Source of the DNA: an uncultured Planctomycetales bacterium
Lineage (GTDB): Bacteria > Planctomycetota > UBA1135
DNA: 64,000 bases
Reading direction: 5' to 3'
Assembly: GCA_964482495.1 (NCBI GenBank)
Contig: CAYZXS010000007.1
Span: 34,573-98,572 of the forward strand
Under the pieces are notes generated by a model. The model was given only the letters and a program-made list of their open reading frames with translations. It did not search any database and was not told where the DNA came from. Below are positions 44,851 through 57,598 of the stretch, in pieces. Positions within the stretch are counted from its first letter, which is position 1. Every line of letters starts with the position of its first letter. Both the position numbers and the translations under genes were made by a program.

Positions 44851-46220
44851 TCAGGGCGCCTCGCCCACCAAGGCCGCGCGCAGCTCGCTCCAGGCCGAGA
44901 GCAGCTCGGCGTAGACCTCGAGCCGGTCGACGCGGAGGCGGCTGACCTCCTCGGCGGCGAGCAAGGCCCCGGCCCGGGAGAGGTCGCCGGCGGCGGCGCG
45001 GGCCTCGGCCACCTCGAGCTGCGCTTCCGCGGCCGGCAGCAGCTCCTGGTCGTAGAGGGCGAGCCAGTCGAGGGCGTTGCGGCAGCCGGCGTGAGCCAGC
45101 CGGAAGGCGGCGACGGCGTCGCGCTCGACCGCGGCGGCGCGCTGGCGGGCGGCGCTCTGCTCGAAGCGGGCGGCGCGGGCCTCGGCGGACCGCCGGCCCT
45201 GGATCGGCAGCTCGAAGGCCAGACCGGCGTCAAAGCTATCCCGGCCGTCCCCGCGGCGGCGGTAGGCCAGCCCGAGCTCCACCGAGGGCAGCGTGCGCGC
45301 CTCCGCCAGCTCCACCCGCCAGCGCGCCAGCTCGGCTTCGGCGAGGGCTTCCGAGACCACCGGCAAGGCAGCCGGCCCGGTGAGCAGGGCCTCCATCTGC
45401 CCGACGGCGAGCACCTGGGAGAGCTCGCCCTCGACCGGCCCGATGGCTCCGGCAACGGCCCCAATCAAGTCGCTCAGATTGTTCTTTGCAGCTTTCTCCC
45501 CCACCCGGGCGTCCTGCAACGCTCTCGCCGAGGCCGCGACTCCAGCCTGCAGAGCCCGCGCCGCCGAAGGCAGCAGGTCGCCATGCTCGACCCTGGCTGC
45601 CGCGATCTCGACCAGCCGCGCCCCAATCCGGGTGCGCTGGTCCAGGCCGGCGACCAGCTCCTGCGCTGCGAGCGCCTGGGCGAAGGCGCCGCGCACCCGG
45701 GTCTCGAGTTGGAGGCGCAGGACCTCTCGCCGAGCCTCCGCGAGCTCCCGCTGGCTCTCCGCCAGCCCACGCGAGGCCGCGCCGGCGCTGGACAGCGGGA
45801 CCTCCTGGCTCAGCCCGGCCAAGAACTCGTCCCCGTCACGGGGTGACGAGAAGGGCACCGCTTCCACCCCCAACGACAGCTCCGGATCCGGCAGGCTGCC
45901 GGCGGCGCCGCGCCGGGCCTCGGCGGCGTGGACCAGGTCCTGGCCCGCGCCCAGCTCGGGCGCGCGGGCCGCGGCCAGGCGCAGCGCCTGCTCCAGATCC
46001 AGCGCGAGCGAAGCGGGAGCGGCCGGCGCCGCGTTGGCGGAGGCTCCGGCCGTGGTCGCGGCCGCGGCCTCGGCCATGGCGGGAGATCCGTCCGGCTCAG
46101 CCAAGCTCGGCTCTGGGGCCGGGCGCGGCGGCCCGCCACCCCAAGCCGGCGGCGGCGCTTCGTCGAAGGACTGGCAGCCGGCGAGCGGCGCGGCGGCCAG
46201 GAGCAGCAGCAGGGATCGGT

Positions 46221-46224
<4 letters not shown>
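44851..46224 (-). CDS. TolC/CzcC-like outer-membrane efflux factor (lipoprotein)
   Basis: Start MNRSLLLLLAAAPLAGC (lipobox), followed by two long alpha-helical repeat halves. ATGA overlap with the RND pump stop. Confidence 0.85.
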
Positions 46225-49307
<3,083 letters not shown>

Positions 49308-49308
49308 C

Positions 49309-50958
49309 TCAATGGCTGTGGGCAGGGATGGTGCCGGAGAGCGAGACCAGCCGGACGATGTAAGCGCCGTCCGAGACCACGCGGTCGCCGGCGTCGACGC
49401 CCTCGAGGATCTCGATCCAGTCGCCGTCGCGGGCCCCCGGACGCACCGGGCGGCGCTCGAAGGTCTCGCCAGCGGCCTGGCGGTAGACCACCATCAGGCC
49501 GTCCTCGTCGACCAGCGCGCTGACCGGCACCGCCAGCGCCGGCCGCGGCGGGCCGTCGGCGAGCCAGCCCTGGCGCACCGCGCCGGGCATCAGGTCGCCG
49601 GGGTTGGGGGCCTCGTAGACGATCTCGCCGGTGCGGGTGGCGGGGTCGATCAGCGGGTGGTCGAGCAGCAGCTCGCCGCCTTCGCCGGGCAGCTCGAAGG
49701 CGGCGCCCGGGCCGAGCTCGACCCGGACCCGCGGGTCGGTCAAGCCGACGAAGCGCTCCTCCGGCAGCCGGGCGCGGAAGTGCAGGGTCGAGGTGTCGAG
49801 CACCTCGAAGACCAGGCTGGCGGCGTCGACCCAGCCGCCGGGGCCGGTCGGCGCCTCCACCAGCCGGCCGGAGATCGGCGCCCGCAGCTCCAAGTCGAGG
49901 AAGGGGTCGGCGGCAGCCGGGGACCCGGCGCCGTCGGCGGGCGCGGCGGCTCCGGTCCGCGCCTGGAAGTCGGCGCGCGCCCCGCCCCAAGCGGCGTGCA
50001 CGGCCCGGGCCGAGGCCGCGGCCGCCTCGGCGGCCGCCAGCTCGGCGACGGCCTGCTCCAGCTCGCGCGCTGATTTGGCTTCCGATGCCGCTAGCGCCGC
50101 CGTGCGCAGGTGCTGCTTGGTGGCCCGCTCCAGCGCGGCCTCGGCGCGCTGCAGCTCGCCGGCAGCCTCCGCCACCCCGCGCTCCAGCTCGGCGCGGAAG
50201 GCGGCCCGCTCGAGCGCCGCGCCCTCCACCGCGGCGCGGTCCGCCGCCACCACCGGCACGCGCAGCCGCGCCAGCAGCTCGCCGGCCACCACCGCGCTGC
50301 CCAGCTCCGGCCAGTCCTCTTCGGCGGCGCCGCCCGCGAGCAGCTGGCCGGTCATGGGCGACACCACTTGGGCCGAGTGCCCCGGACAGGTGGCCGCGGT
50401 CACGGTCGCGGGAAAGCGCGGCTGCATCGGCCGCACGGCGGCGACGGCGGTGAGCATGCGCAGCGGCCACTGCTGCTCCTTCAGCATCGTCACGCCCTCG
50501 GGCTCGGCGCCGAAGTCCTCCTCGCTGAAGGCCAGCGCGCCCTGGTCCTCGTAAGCGTGGATCTCCGGCAGCGGCGGCTGGTCACCGTCCACCTCGAGGG
50601 TCCAGGTCCAGGCGCCGGCCTCCGGCAACACGAAGTCGTCGAGGTAGACCCCTGGCCGCGCCGGGGCGTCGAGGACGCGCTCGACCGATTGCTCGCCCAT
50701 CCGGAAGGCGAAGCGGAGCGGCCCCTCGGCGCGCGGGGAGCCGTCGGCGAGCTGGGTGACGTGGACCGCGAGGCTGGAGCGCCGGCCCTGGACCACGTAG
50801 TCGTGCTCGATGAAGTACTCGTAGCGGTCGGTCCACCGCGTCAGCGCCCGGCTCGGCCACTCCGGCGCGGCGGGCGGATGGTCGTGGCCGTGGTCCGCGG
50901 CGGGGCTGCAGCCGGCCGCCAGGAGCAGGAGGAGGGTACGGGAAGGTCGTCGGGTCAT
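49309..50958 (-). CDS. RND periplasmic adaptor (CzcB/CusB-like) with an N-terminal extension
   Basis: Lipobox LLLLAAGC, a coiled-coil hairpin (ELQRAEAALERATKQHLR...) and C-terminal beta domains (GDWIEILEGVDAGDRVVSDG). The stop lies 1 nt before the pump start. Confidence 0.85.
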   Translation of the reverse strand: MTRRPSRTLLLLLAAGCSPAADHGHDHPPAAPEWPSRALTRWTDRYEYFIEHDYVVQGRRSSLAVHVTQLADGSPRAEGPLRFAFRMGEQSVERVLDAPARPGVYLDDFVLPEAGAWTWTLEVDGDQPPLPEIHAYEDQGALAFSEEDFGAEPEGVTMLKEQQWPLRMLTAVAAVRPMQPRFPATVTAATCPGHSAQVVSPMTGQLLAGGAAEEDWPELGSAVVAGELLARLRVPVVAADRAAVEGAALERAAFRAELERGVAEAAGELQRAEAALERATKQHLRTAALAASEAKSARELEQAVAELAAAEAAAASARAVHAAWGGARADFQARTGAAAPADGAGSPAAADPFLDLELRAPISGRLVEAPTGPGGWVDAASLVFEVLDTSTLHFRARLPEERFVGLTDPRVRVELGPGAAFELPGEGGELLLDHPLIDPATRTGEIVYEAPNPGDLMPGAVRQGWLADGPPRPALAVPVSALVDEDGLMVVYRQAAGETFERRPVRPGARDGDWIEILEGVDAGDRVVSDGAYIVRLVSLSGTIPAHSH

Positions 50959-51051
50959 GCCTGAGCTCGAAAGAAGGTGGTACGGAACCCGGCGCGGCGA
51001 GCGCGCGCCGGTCAAGCCGATTCGAATCACCAACCGCGCGGGGCGCGGCCT

Positions 51052-51564
51052 TCAAGCCAGGGGCGGAGCCCGGGGTCCGGTGGACCAGCGGATCTGGCCG
51101 GCGCCCCCGCCCAGCTGCCGGGCCCTCCGGCGCAGGCCGAGCTCGGCCGGGGCCTCCACGGCGAAGGGCTGCTCGGGCGCCGCGAGGGCGCCGTGTTCGG
51201 CGGCCGAGCTCTTCTTCGAGGTCAGGAAGGGCAGGTCGAAGCTGTGCTCATGGACCGAGTGGTCATGGGCCGGCGGCAGCTCGTGCAGGTGCGGGGCTTC
51301 GGTGCCGCAGGGCGCGGGGACGGCGCGGCCGCCGCGGTGATGGTGACCGTGGCCGTGGCCGTGACCCTGTCCGTGTCCGTGTCCGTGTCCGTGATCATGG
51401 CTCGCCAGGCCTGGCCCTCCGTGGCCGCCGCCCTCCTCGTGGTGGTGCAGCATCCGGTGCACCGGCACGGCCGCGCCGAAGACCACCAGGATCCACGCTG
51501 CCAGCAGCAGGATCGAGACGCGCCTCGGGACGGACACGGCGAGCGGTTCGTGGGCCGGAGTCAA
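51052..51564 (-). CDS. Membrane-anchored His-rich protein with a (His-Gly)n tract
   Basis: One TM segment (VSILLLAAWILVVFGAAV), then HHHEEGGGHGG...SHDHGHGHGHGQGHGHGHGHHH...HLHELPPAHDHSVHEH. It is the first gene of the czc-like operon. TTG start, which is uncertain. Confidence 0.6.
   Translation of the reverse strand: MTPAHEPLAVSVPRRVSILLLAAWILVVFGAAVPVHRMLHHHEEGGGHGGPGLASHDHGHGHGHGQGHGHGHGHHHRGGRAVPAPCGTEAPHLHELPPAHDHSVHEHSFDLPFLTSKKSSAAEHGALAAPEQPFAVEAPAELGLRRRARQLGGGAGQIRWSTGPRAPPLA
51337..51399. repeat. Imperfect hexanucleotide tandem repeat encoding the (His-Gly)n tract; perfect core (TGTCCG)x4 at 51368-51391
   Basis: The sequence reads gtgatggtgaccgtggccgtggccgtgaccctgtccgtgtccgtgtccgtgtccgtgatcatg. 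Confidence 0.85.
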
Positions 51565-51582
51565 GGACAGGGAGACTCTATA

Positions 51583-52785
51583 TCAGCCGCCGGCCGGCGC
51601 AAGCTCGCTCTCGGATCCGGCCTCCTCAACGGAATCGGCGGCGACGTCCTGCTCAGCGCGCCACCGCTCCAGCAGCTCGCGCTCGCGCTCGGGCTGCATG
51701 CCGTAGGTGCCCCAGCGGTAGTCCGCGCCGCGGACCTCGTGGAACCAGTCGACCATCTCGGTGATGGTCTGGGCGATCGGCCGGAACTCCATGCCCGCGG
51801 CCACGCCCTTGTCGTTGGCGAAGTAGACGGCGTAGGGGTCGGGCAGCCAGAACGGCATCTCGACGAAGGGCCGGACCTGGTGCTGGAGCAGGAAGTCGGC
51901 GCCGCACCAGGTGAAGCGGGCGTCGGCGCCGAGCACGATCTTGCAGCCGTGCAGGAACTCCTGCATCGTCACCGGCATGGCGAAGCCGGCGGCGTTGTAG
52001 ACGCCGGCGCGGTCGGCGCTGCCCAGGACGAAGCAGTGCTGGGCCAGGTCGCGGACGTCGGTGAACTGGATGCGGGCGTCGCGGTCGCCGGGGCACAGCA
52101 CCTCGCCGCCCTGCTGGACCCGGATCGCCCAGTAGGTGAAGCGGTCGGTCGGGTCGTCGCGGCCGACGATTACGCCGGGCCGCAGCGAGGTCACCCGGCC
52201 GGGCATCGCCTGCTCCGCGGCCTGCTCGCACAGCGCCTTGAGCGGCCCGTAGAACTCCATGCGCCGGAAGACCTCGCCGATGGTGCGGATCTTCATGCGC
52301 TCGCGGTCGGGGATGTCCTGCACCGCGGCCTCCTCGGCCAGGTCGCCAACTCCGGGAGCGGGCGCGTAGACCGAACAGGTCGAGATGAAGACGTAGTGGC
52401 CGACGCGGTCCGCCAGCAGCTCGGCGCTGGCGCGGACGTGCTCAGGCACGTAGCCGGAGGTGTCGACCACCAGGTCCCACTCCCCCTCCGCGAGCGAGGC
52501 CAGGTCGCCGGTGTCGCGGTCGCCGCGGCGCTTCTCGAGCTCCGGGAACATCTCCGGGTTCGACTTGCCGCGGTTGAAGAGCGTGATCTCCCAGCCGGCC
52601 GCCTGGGCGGCGTGGACCACCGCCGGGCCGAGGAAGCGGGTGCCGCCGAGCACCAGCAGCCGCTTGCCGTTGGGGCGAGCCGGGCGCTGACCCGGGCGCG
52701 GCGCGGCCAGGGCCGGGAGCAGCGGGGAGGCGAACGCCAGGCCGAGGCCGGCGCCGAGGAAGTTCCGTCGGTCGAGGGTAGTCAT
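51583..52785 (-). CDS. Tat-signal NAD(P)-binding Rossmann protein, paralogue of 16124..17314
   Basis: MTTLDRRNFLGAGLGLAFASPLLPALAAP is a twin-arginine signal. LLVLGGTRFLGPA is the Rossmann motif. It aligns along its whole length with the other copy (ITLFNRGKSNPEMFPELEK vs VTLFNRGRTNPHLFPELEK). The 967-aa track ORF upstream of this start is shadow sequence. Confidence 0.8.
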   Translation of the reverse strand: MTTLDRRNFLGAGLGLAFASPLLPALAAPRPGQRPARPNGKRLLVLGGTRFLGPAVVHAAQAAGWEITLFNRGKSNPEMFPELEKRRGDRDTGDLASLAEGEWDLVVDTSGYVPEHVRASAELLADRVGHYVFISTCSVYAPAPGVGDLAEEAAVQDIPDRERMKIRTIGEVFRRMEFYGPLKALCEQAAEQAMPGRVTSLRPGVIVGRDDPTDRFTYWAIRVQQGGEVLCPGDRDARIQFTDVRDLAQHCFVLGSADRAGVYNAAGFAMPVTMQEFLHGCKIVLGADARFTWCGADFLLQHQVRPFVEMPFWLPDPYAVYFANDKGVAAGMEFRPIAQTITEMVDWFHEVRGADYRWGTYGMQPERERELLERWRAEQDVAADSVEEAGSESELAPAGG

Positions 52786-52853
52786 GGGGGGCGCGGGAGT
52801 CCGGAGCAGCCTACGGCCGAACCGAGCGGCGGTGGCCGATCTCCGGCGGGGGC

Positions 52854-53321
52854 TCAGCCTTCGACCGGCCGCCCCCGCTCCAGCAGCCGCCAGGCGCCCA
52901 CCCCGACCATGCCGAACAAGGTCGCGGCGTAGCTGCCGGCGTGCAAGCCGAAGATCAGGTAGGCGGCCAGCGAGCCGTTCTTCTGCGCCGCTTCGTCCAG
53001 GCTCGGGAATTGGGCCAACATGGCCTCGACCACCAGCGCGCCGACGACCAGCGCTACGGCGACCCATAGCTTCCAGGACATGCGCAGGCGGTCGAGGGCC
53101 AGCCCCGCGCCCCACATCGTCAGCATGCCTGCCAACGCCAGCGCCGGCAGGGCGGCGCCGGTGGTCTGGATGTCGCCCGCCAACAAGAACACCCAAGCGC
53201 CCGCCACCGAGCCGAGGGCCCACAGGCCGTACTCGTCGCCCGGGTAACGGAAGCCGATCACGCAGGCCAGGCACCAGAGCAGCGGCAGGACCGTGGCGAA
53301 GTTGCGGCGGAGGCGCGGCAC
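52854..53321 (-). CDS. Hypothetical 4-TM membrane protein
   Basis: Four hydrophobic segments with non-shadow composition. No recognisable family. Confidence 0.5.
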   Translation of the reverse strand: MPRLRRNFATVLPLLWCLACVIGFRYPGDEYGLWALGSVAGAWVFLLAGDIQTTGAALPALALAGMLTMWGAGLALDRLRMSWKLWVAVALVVGALVVEAMLAQFPSLDEAAQKNGSLAAYLIFGLHAGSYAATLFGMVGVGAWRLLERGRPVEG

Positions 53322-53358
53322 CCCCGAATGCTAGCCGTCCGTTACCTTGGGAGGACCC

Positions 53359-54711
53359 ATGAAGCCCTGGCTCATCCCCTGCCTGGCGCTCGCGGCCGCC
53401 ACCCCCGCTCTGCCCGCCCCGCTCGCGGCGCAGGACCCGCCGCTGCCGCCCGCCGCCACCGGCACCCTCTACCTGGCCGACAACGTCGGCAGCGTGGTCG
53501 CCGAGTTCGACCGCAGCGGCGGCTTCGTCCGCAGCCTGACGATCACCGGCCTGGCCTCGCCGCGCGGCGTCGCCGTCGACGACCACGGCAATCTGGTCGT
53601 CGTCTCCTCCGGCAACGGCCGGGTGGTGGTCGCCGACCTCGAGGGCAACCTGCTGCGCACCGTCACCCACCCCGACCTGGGCTCGGGCACTGGCATCAGC
53701 CGCTCCCCCGCCGGCGAGTGGTTCGTGGGCAATTTCTCCCCCGGCCGCGTGGTGGTCTTCGACGCCGCCTGGAACCACCTGCGCACGATCACCGCGACCG
53801 GCATGAACGGGGTCAATTGCGTCGCCTTCGACCCCGGCGGCGCCTTCGCCGTCTCGGCGGCGCTGTCGAACGAGATCTTCCGCTTCGACGCCGCCGGCGG
53901 CTACCTCGGCAAGCTCTCCCACCCGAGCATGCTGTCGCCGATGTCGATCGCTCTCGACTCGAGCGGCGACCGCTACGTCTCTGGCGGCGGCTCCGGGCGG
54001 GTGACGAAGTTCGACGCCGGCTGGAACTACCTGCTCGACTTCGGCGCCGCCGGCCTGCTGGCCCCGCAGGGCGTGGTCGTCGACGAGCAGGACACGCTCT
54101 TCGTCAGCGACTTCAGCAGCGACCAGATCCGGGTCTTCGACACCGCCGGAAACCTGCTCGGCGACTGGCTGCATCTGGGCCTGCCGCTGGTGCGCAACTT
54201 CGCCTTCCAGACCGCGCCCTACGCCCTGGCCCGCGAGGGCGCGGTGGCCCGCGGCGGCCAGCCGGTGGCGGCCCCGGTGCTGACGGTGAACGGCTCCTCC
54301 GGAGACCGGCTCGGCCGCCTCGACCTGCTCGCCGGCGACGCCCTGAGCGTCGAGTTGGCGGCCTCCCCGGCTGGCCCCGCCGCCGCCGGCTTCGTGCTCT
54401 ACGCCCACCTCGGCGCGCCCGGCCCCGGCGAGGTCCGGGCGCTCTCCAACGGCGGCGGCCTGCTGGCCTTCCCGGCGCCCTTCCACGGCGGCGCGCCGCT
54501 GGTGGTCATGAACTCGCTCGGCGCGCCCGGCCTGCTCGGCGCCGGCGCGCTCCCGCCCGTGGCCGCCCCGGCCACCGTGCTCAGCCTGCCCAACGGCCTC
54601 GGCCGGGTCGGCGACTTCTGCCTGCAGGCGGTGCTACACGACGTCGGCTCGCCGGCGGGAGCGGCCTCGCCCTACGCCGCCACCAACGCGGTCACGCTGC
54701 GGGTGCGCTGA
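53359..54711 (+). CDS. NHL-repeat beta-propeller protein, secreted
   Basis: ATG 53359 is preceded by GGAGGA. Signal peptide MKPWLIPCLALAAATPALPAP. Repeated units of the type PRGVAVDDHGNLVVVSSGNGRVVV and PQGVVVDEQDTLFVSDFSSDQIRVFD. Confidence 0.8.
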   Translation: MKPWLIPCLALAAATPALPAPLAAQDPPLPPAATGTLYLADNVGSVVAEFDRSGGFVRSLTITGLASPRGVAVDDHGNLVVVSSGNGRVVVADLEGNLLRTVTHPDLGSGTGISRSPAGEWFVGNFSPGRVVVFDAAWNHLRTITATGMNGVNCVAFDPGGAFAVSAALSNEIFRFDAAGGYLGKLSHPSMLSPMSIALDSSGDRYVSGGGSGRVTKFDAGWNYLLDFGAAGLLAPQGVVVDEQDTLFVSDFSSDQIRVFDTAGNLLGDWLHLGLPLVRNFAFQTAPYALAREGAVARGGQPVAAPVLTVNGSSGDRLGRLDLLAGDALSVELAASPAGPAAAGFVLYAHLGAPGPGEVRALSNGGGLLAFPAPFHGGAPLVVMNSLGAPGLLGAGALPPVAAPATVLSLPNGLGRVGDFCLQAVLHDVGSPAGAASPYAATNAVTLRVR

Positions 54712-54732
54712 GCGGGTGCCGGTCCCTGCGGC

Positions 54733-55212
54733 TCAGCTGGCGGACGCGCTGGCCGCCCGCTTCCACATCAGGATCACCAGCCAGGCGCAGAAGGCCCGCA
54801 GCTCGAGCGGCAGGTCGGGGTCGAGGTCGACCTCCATCCGGCGGCTGAGCAGGCTGGCCGGGCTGAGGGCGCCGAGCTCCGGGCCGCCGCCCCTTTGCCC
54901 CTCCCAGAGCCGGAAGTCCCGCCGCAAGGCGGAGCTGGGGGCCAGCAGCATGCGGCGATCGCCGAAGCCGACCACGAAGCGCCGCAGGAGGGGGCTCGGC
55001 TTCTCGGCGAAGGCCTGCATCCGGCCGCCTTCGGCGATCAGGTAGCGGCCGCTGAACCAGCCCTCCCGCCAGAGGGCCAGCTCCCGGCCGTCCGCCAGCC
55101 GCAGCTCCCCGGCGTCCCGGACGGCGCGGGTGCGCAGCTCGGCCACCTTGCGCCCGCCATCCCGGAACTCGTAGGACCAGGTCAGGAGGCCCAGCGGACG
55201 GCCGACCAGCAC
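54733..55212 (-). CDS. Hypothetical protein
   Basis: ORF with ordinary composition that is tightly packed against its neighbours. No family recognised. Confidence 0.45.
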   Translation of the reverse strand: MLVGRPLGLLTWSYEFRDGGRKVAELRTRAVRDAGELRLADGRELALWREGWFSGRYLIAEGGRMQAFAEKPSPLLRRFVVGFGDRRMLLAPSSALRRDFRLWEGQRGGGPELGALSPASLLSRRMEVDLDPDLPLELRAFCAWLVILMWKRAASASAS

Positions 55213-55219
55213 GACCGGC

Positions 55220-55672
55220 TCAACCCCCGGTCTGCACCAGCCGGATGCTCACGCCGACGATCAGGAAGCAGACCGCGAGCAGCATCTGCAGCCAGGCGTG
55301 CACCGCCAGGGCCCGGAAGCCCCACTCGCCCCGCGCCACCTTGGGCGCCATGCGCACCCGGGCGTGGATGAAGATCGGCACCAGCAGCGCCAGCAGGAAG
55401 AGCTTGGAGAAGATGTGGGCCGAGACCGTGCTGTGAGTGGGCAGCCAGTTGGTCGGATCGGGGACCCACCAGGCGGCCAGCATCGGCCCGGTGATCACCT
55501 GCACCAGCAGGGCCGGCGCCGAGTACATGAAGAAGCGGCGCGAGAAGCCGAGCGCCGCCTTCGGGTCGCCGGCGCGGCGGGCCTGGGGCAGGATGATCAG
55601 GGTGAAGACCAGGCTTCCGCCGGCGAGGATGCAGGCGGCGAGGACGTGCAGGTTGAGGGTGAGGGCGTTCAT
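55220..55672 (-). CDS. Hypothetical 4-TM membrane protein (weakly CopD-like)
   Basis: Four hydrophobic helices. ATG start. Confidence 0.55.
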   Translation of the reverse strand: MNALTLNLHVLAACILAGGSLVFTLIILPQARRAGDPKAALGFSRRFFMYSAPALLVQVITGPMLAAWWVPDPTNWLPTHSTVSAHIFSKLFLLALLVPIFIHARVRMAPKVARGEWGFRALAVHAWLQMLLAVCFLIVGVSIRLVQTGG

Positions 55673-55822
55673 GGATGCTCCAGCGTCAGCCCTGCTTCCT
55701 AGGACGGCGGGGCGCCCCGTTCACGAGCAAGGCGGACCAGGATCGGCGCTGCGGGCAATGGTAGTCGCTCGGCGCCGCCCAACCCCGCTGGACGAAGCCG
55801 GCGCCGGCGGTCAGGATGGGGC

Positions 55823-56599
55823 ATGGCGGCGGTCTCCGGCAAGAAGGCCTTCGAGAAGCGCGCCGGCGGCAAGCTGCTCCGGGCGACCGGACTGCTGCGC
55901 GAATACCGGCTGCTGGCCTTCGAGCAGCCCGACCTCCTGGCCTGCCGCAACGGCGCCGTGGTCGGCATCGAGGTCTCCCGCCTGTTCCGGGACGAGGGCC
56001 AGAAGGGCAAGCCGCAGCACCGCGCCTACGCCCAGCGGCGGCGGGTCCTGCGCGAGGCCCAGATGCGGCACCGGCGGGAGAGCTCGCGCTCCCTCGACCT
56101 GATGGTCGAGTTCCAGAACGGCCTGCTCCTGTCCGAGGAGCAGGAGACCGCCCTGGCGCAGGCCCTGCTCGAGGCCGCGCGCGAGGAACCGGAGGCGGTC
56201 GGGGAGCAGCTGACCCTGCCGTCGCTGCCGCTCCGGCGCGCCGGGCTCGAGGAGGTGGTGCGCGCCGTCCGCTCCACCCGGCTCGAGGGCGAGGAGGGGC
56301 CCTTGTGGGGCATGGCCAGCGAGCCCTGGACCGAGGAGGGCGTCCGCAGCCTGCTCCAGCTTCGGCTCGGGAAGAAGGAGGGGCTCCTGGCCAATTACCG
56401 CCAAGACGGGGTGCTGGCCCACTGGCTGCTGCTGATCTGCGACGCCCTGCCGGGCCGCCGCCCCGAGCTCCCCCACCCTTGCGCCGCGCCCGGCCGCTAC
56501 CCCAGCTCCTTCCAGCGGGTCTTCGTGATGGACTTCCTGGGGAAGCACTGGGGCGAGCTGGAGCTGGAGCGGGACGGCGACTCCCCGGGCACCCCCTGA
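55823..56599 (+). CDS. Hypothetical protein
   Basis: The composition is more balanced than the overlapping Arg/Pro-rich frames. No family recognised. Confidence 0.5.
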   Translation: MAAVSGKKAFEKRAGGKLLRATGLLREYRLLAFEQPDLLACRNGAVVGIEVSRLFRDEGQKGKPQHRAYAQRRRVLREAQMRHRRESSRSLDLMVEFQNGLLLSEEQETALAQALLEAAREEPEAVGEQLTLPSLPLRRAGLEEVVRAVRSTRLEGEEGPLWGMASEPWTEEGVRSLLQLRLGKKEGLLANYRQDGVLAHWLLLICDALPGRRPELPHPCAAPGRYPSSFQRVFVMDFLGKHWGELELERDGDSPGTP

Positions 56600-56606
56600 C
56601 CGCCGC

Positions 56607-57023
56607 TCACGCCGCCGCCGCCCCGTCGTCAGGGATCCGGGCGCCAGGGAGCTGATCCATGAACTCCTGCGCGCCGACGTAGACCTTGATCAGGAGCTGC
56701 TTCTTCTTCTTCAAGTCGCGGCTGCCGGCGGTGAGGGATCGGATGACCTCGGGGCACTCGCGCAGCTGGCCCAGGTCCACTTCGAGGCCCTGGCCGAGGT
56801 ACAGGCTCTGGAGATCGGCGAGCAGCTCCTCGAGCTTCTCGCAGGCGTCCAAGCGGACCAGGATCGCCTGCTTGTAGGCGCCCGGGGCGGCCTCCCAATC
56901 TCCCGCTGCGGCCAGGCGACGGGCGGCGGCATGGTGCAGGTCGCCGTCCCGCTTCTGCTTGATGCTCATCCCTGCCCAGACGAGGCCGGCGATGAGGGCG
57001 ATGGCGAGCCAGACGGCCTCCAT
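56607..57023 (-). CDS. Hypothetical N-terminally anchored protein
   Basis: One N-terminal TM segment (AVWLAIALIAGLVWAG). The start lies 1 nt after the stop of the upstream gene. Confidence 0.45.
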   Translation of the reverse strand: MEAVWLAIALIAGLVWAGMSIKQKRDGDLHHAAARRLAAAGDWEAAPGAYKQAILVRLDACEKLEELLADLQSLYLGQGLEVDLGQLRECPEVIRSLTAGSRDLKKKKQLLIKVYVGAQEFMDQLPGARIPDDGAAAA

Positions 57024-57024
57024 C

Positions 57025-57456
57025 TCAGGCCCTCTCCTGCTCGCGCTGCCCGGCCTCGACCGCGCTCAAGGTGCCGTACTCCTTCAGGTCGTCGGCGCCG
57101 GCCCAGACCAGGAAGGCGGCCAGGCCGAGGTTCACCAGCGGGTTGTCCAGGAAGTCCCCGCCGCCAGGGCCACTCGCCGTGAAGAAGAGGAAGAGCACGG
57201 CGAGGGCGAAATTGTCGATCGCCTGGAACACCTTCACCTTGGGCGAAGCGGAGACGAAGGTGGCCAGGCCGGTCGCGGCCCCGAAGAGCCCGAGGGCGAT
57301 CATGGCGACGCCGAAACCGGTGGCCCCGACGTCGGTCAGCCAGTAGCCGAGGAAGGTGAAGAGGCCGCCGTAGACGATGGCGGGGAAGTCCCGGCCGACG
57401 GCGGTCGGCGTCTCCGCCTTGACGGAATCGAGTTCTTTTTGGAGGGAGTCGTTCAT
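57025..57456 (-). CDS. Hypothetical multi-TM membrane protein
   Basis: Start taken at MNDSLQKELD (ATG 57454-57456). Three to four TM segments. Confidence 0.5.
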   Translation of the reverse strand: MNDSLQKELDSVKAETPTAVGRDFPAIVYGGLFTFLGYWLTDVGATGFGVAMIALGLFGAATGLATFVSASPKVKVFQAIDNFALAVLFLFFTASGPGGGDFLDNPLVNLGLAAFLVWAGADDLKEYGTLSAVEAGQREQERA

Positions 57457-57598
57457 GGGTGGATCGCTCTGGGATCGGGCTTCGGAGGTCCACGCGGCGA
57501 AAGGTCCGCCCGGGCGCAATCCAGCCTTGGCGCCTCCGCAGGACCTGCCTACTCTCCATCGAACCCGCGCCGCCGAACGACCCCGCTTGGAACGATCC

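Noticed and set aside
51583-54486. 967-aa minus-strand ORF
   Set aside because: Only the C-terminal 400 aa, from MTTLDRRNFLG at 52785, look like a real protein and match the paralogue at 16124..17314. The upstream part is Gly/Arg/Ala-rich and overlaps the NHL-repeat gene and a membrane-protein gene.
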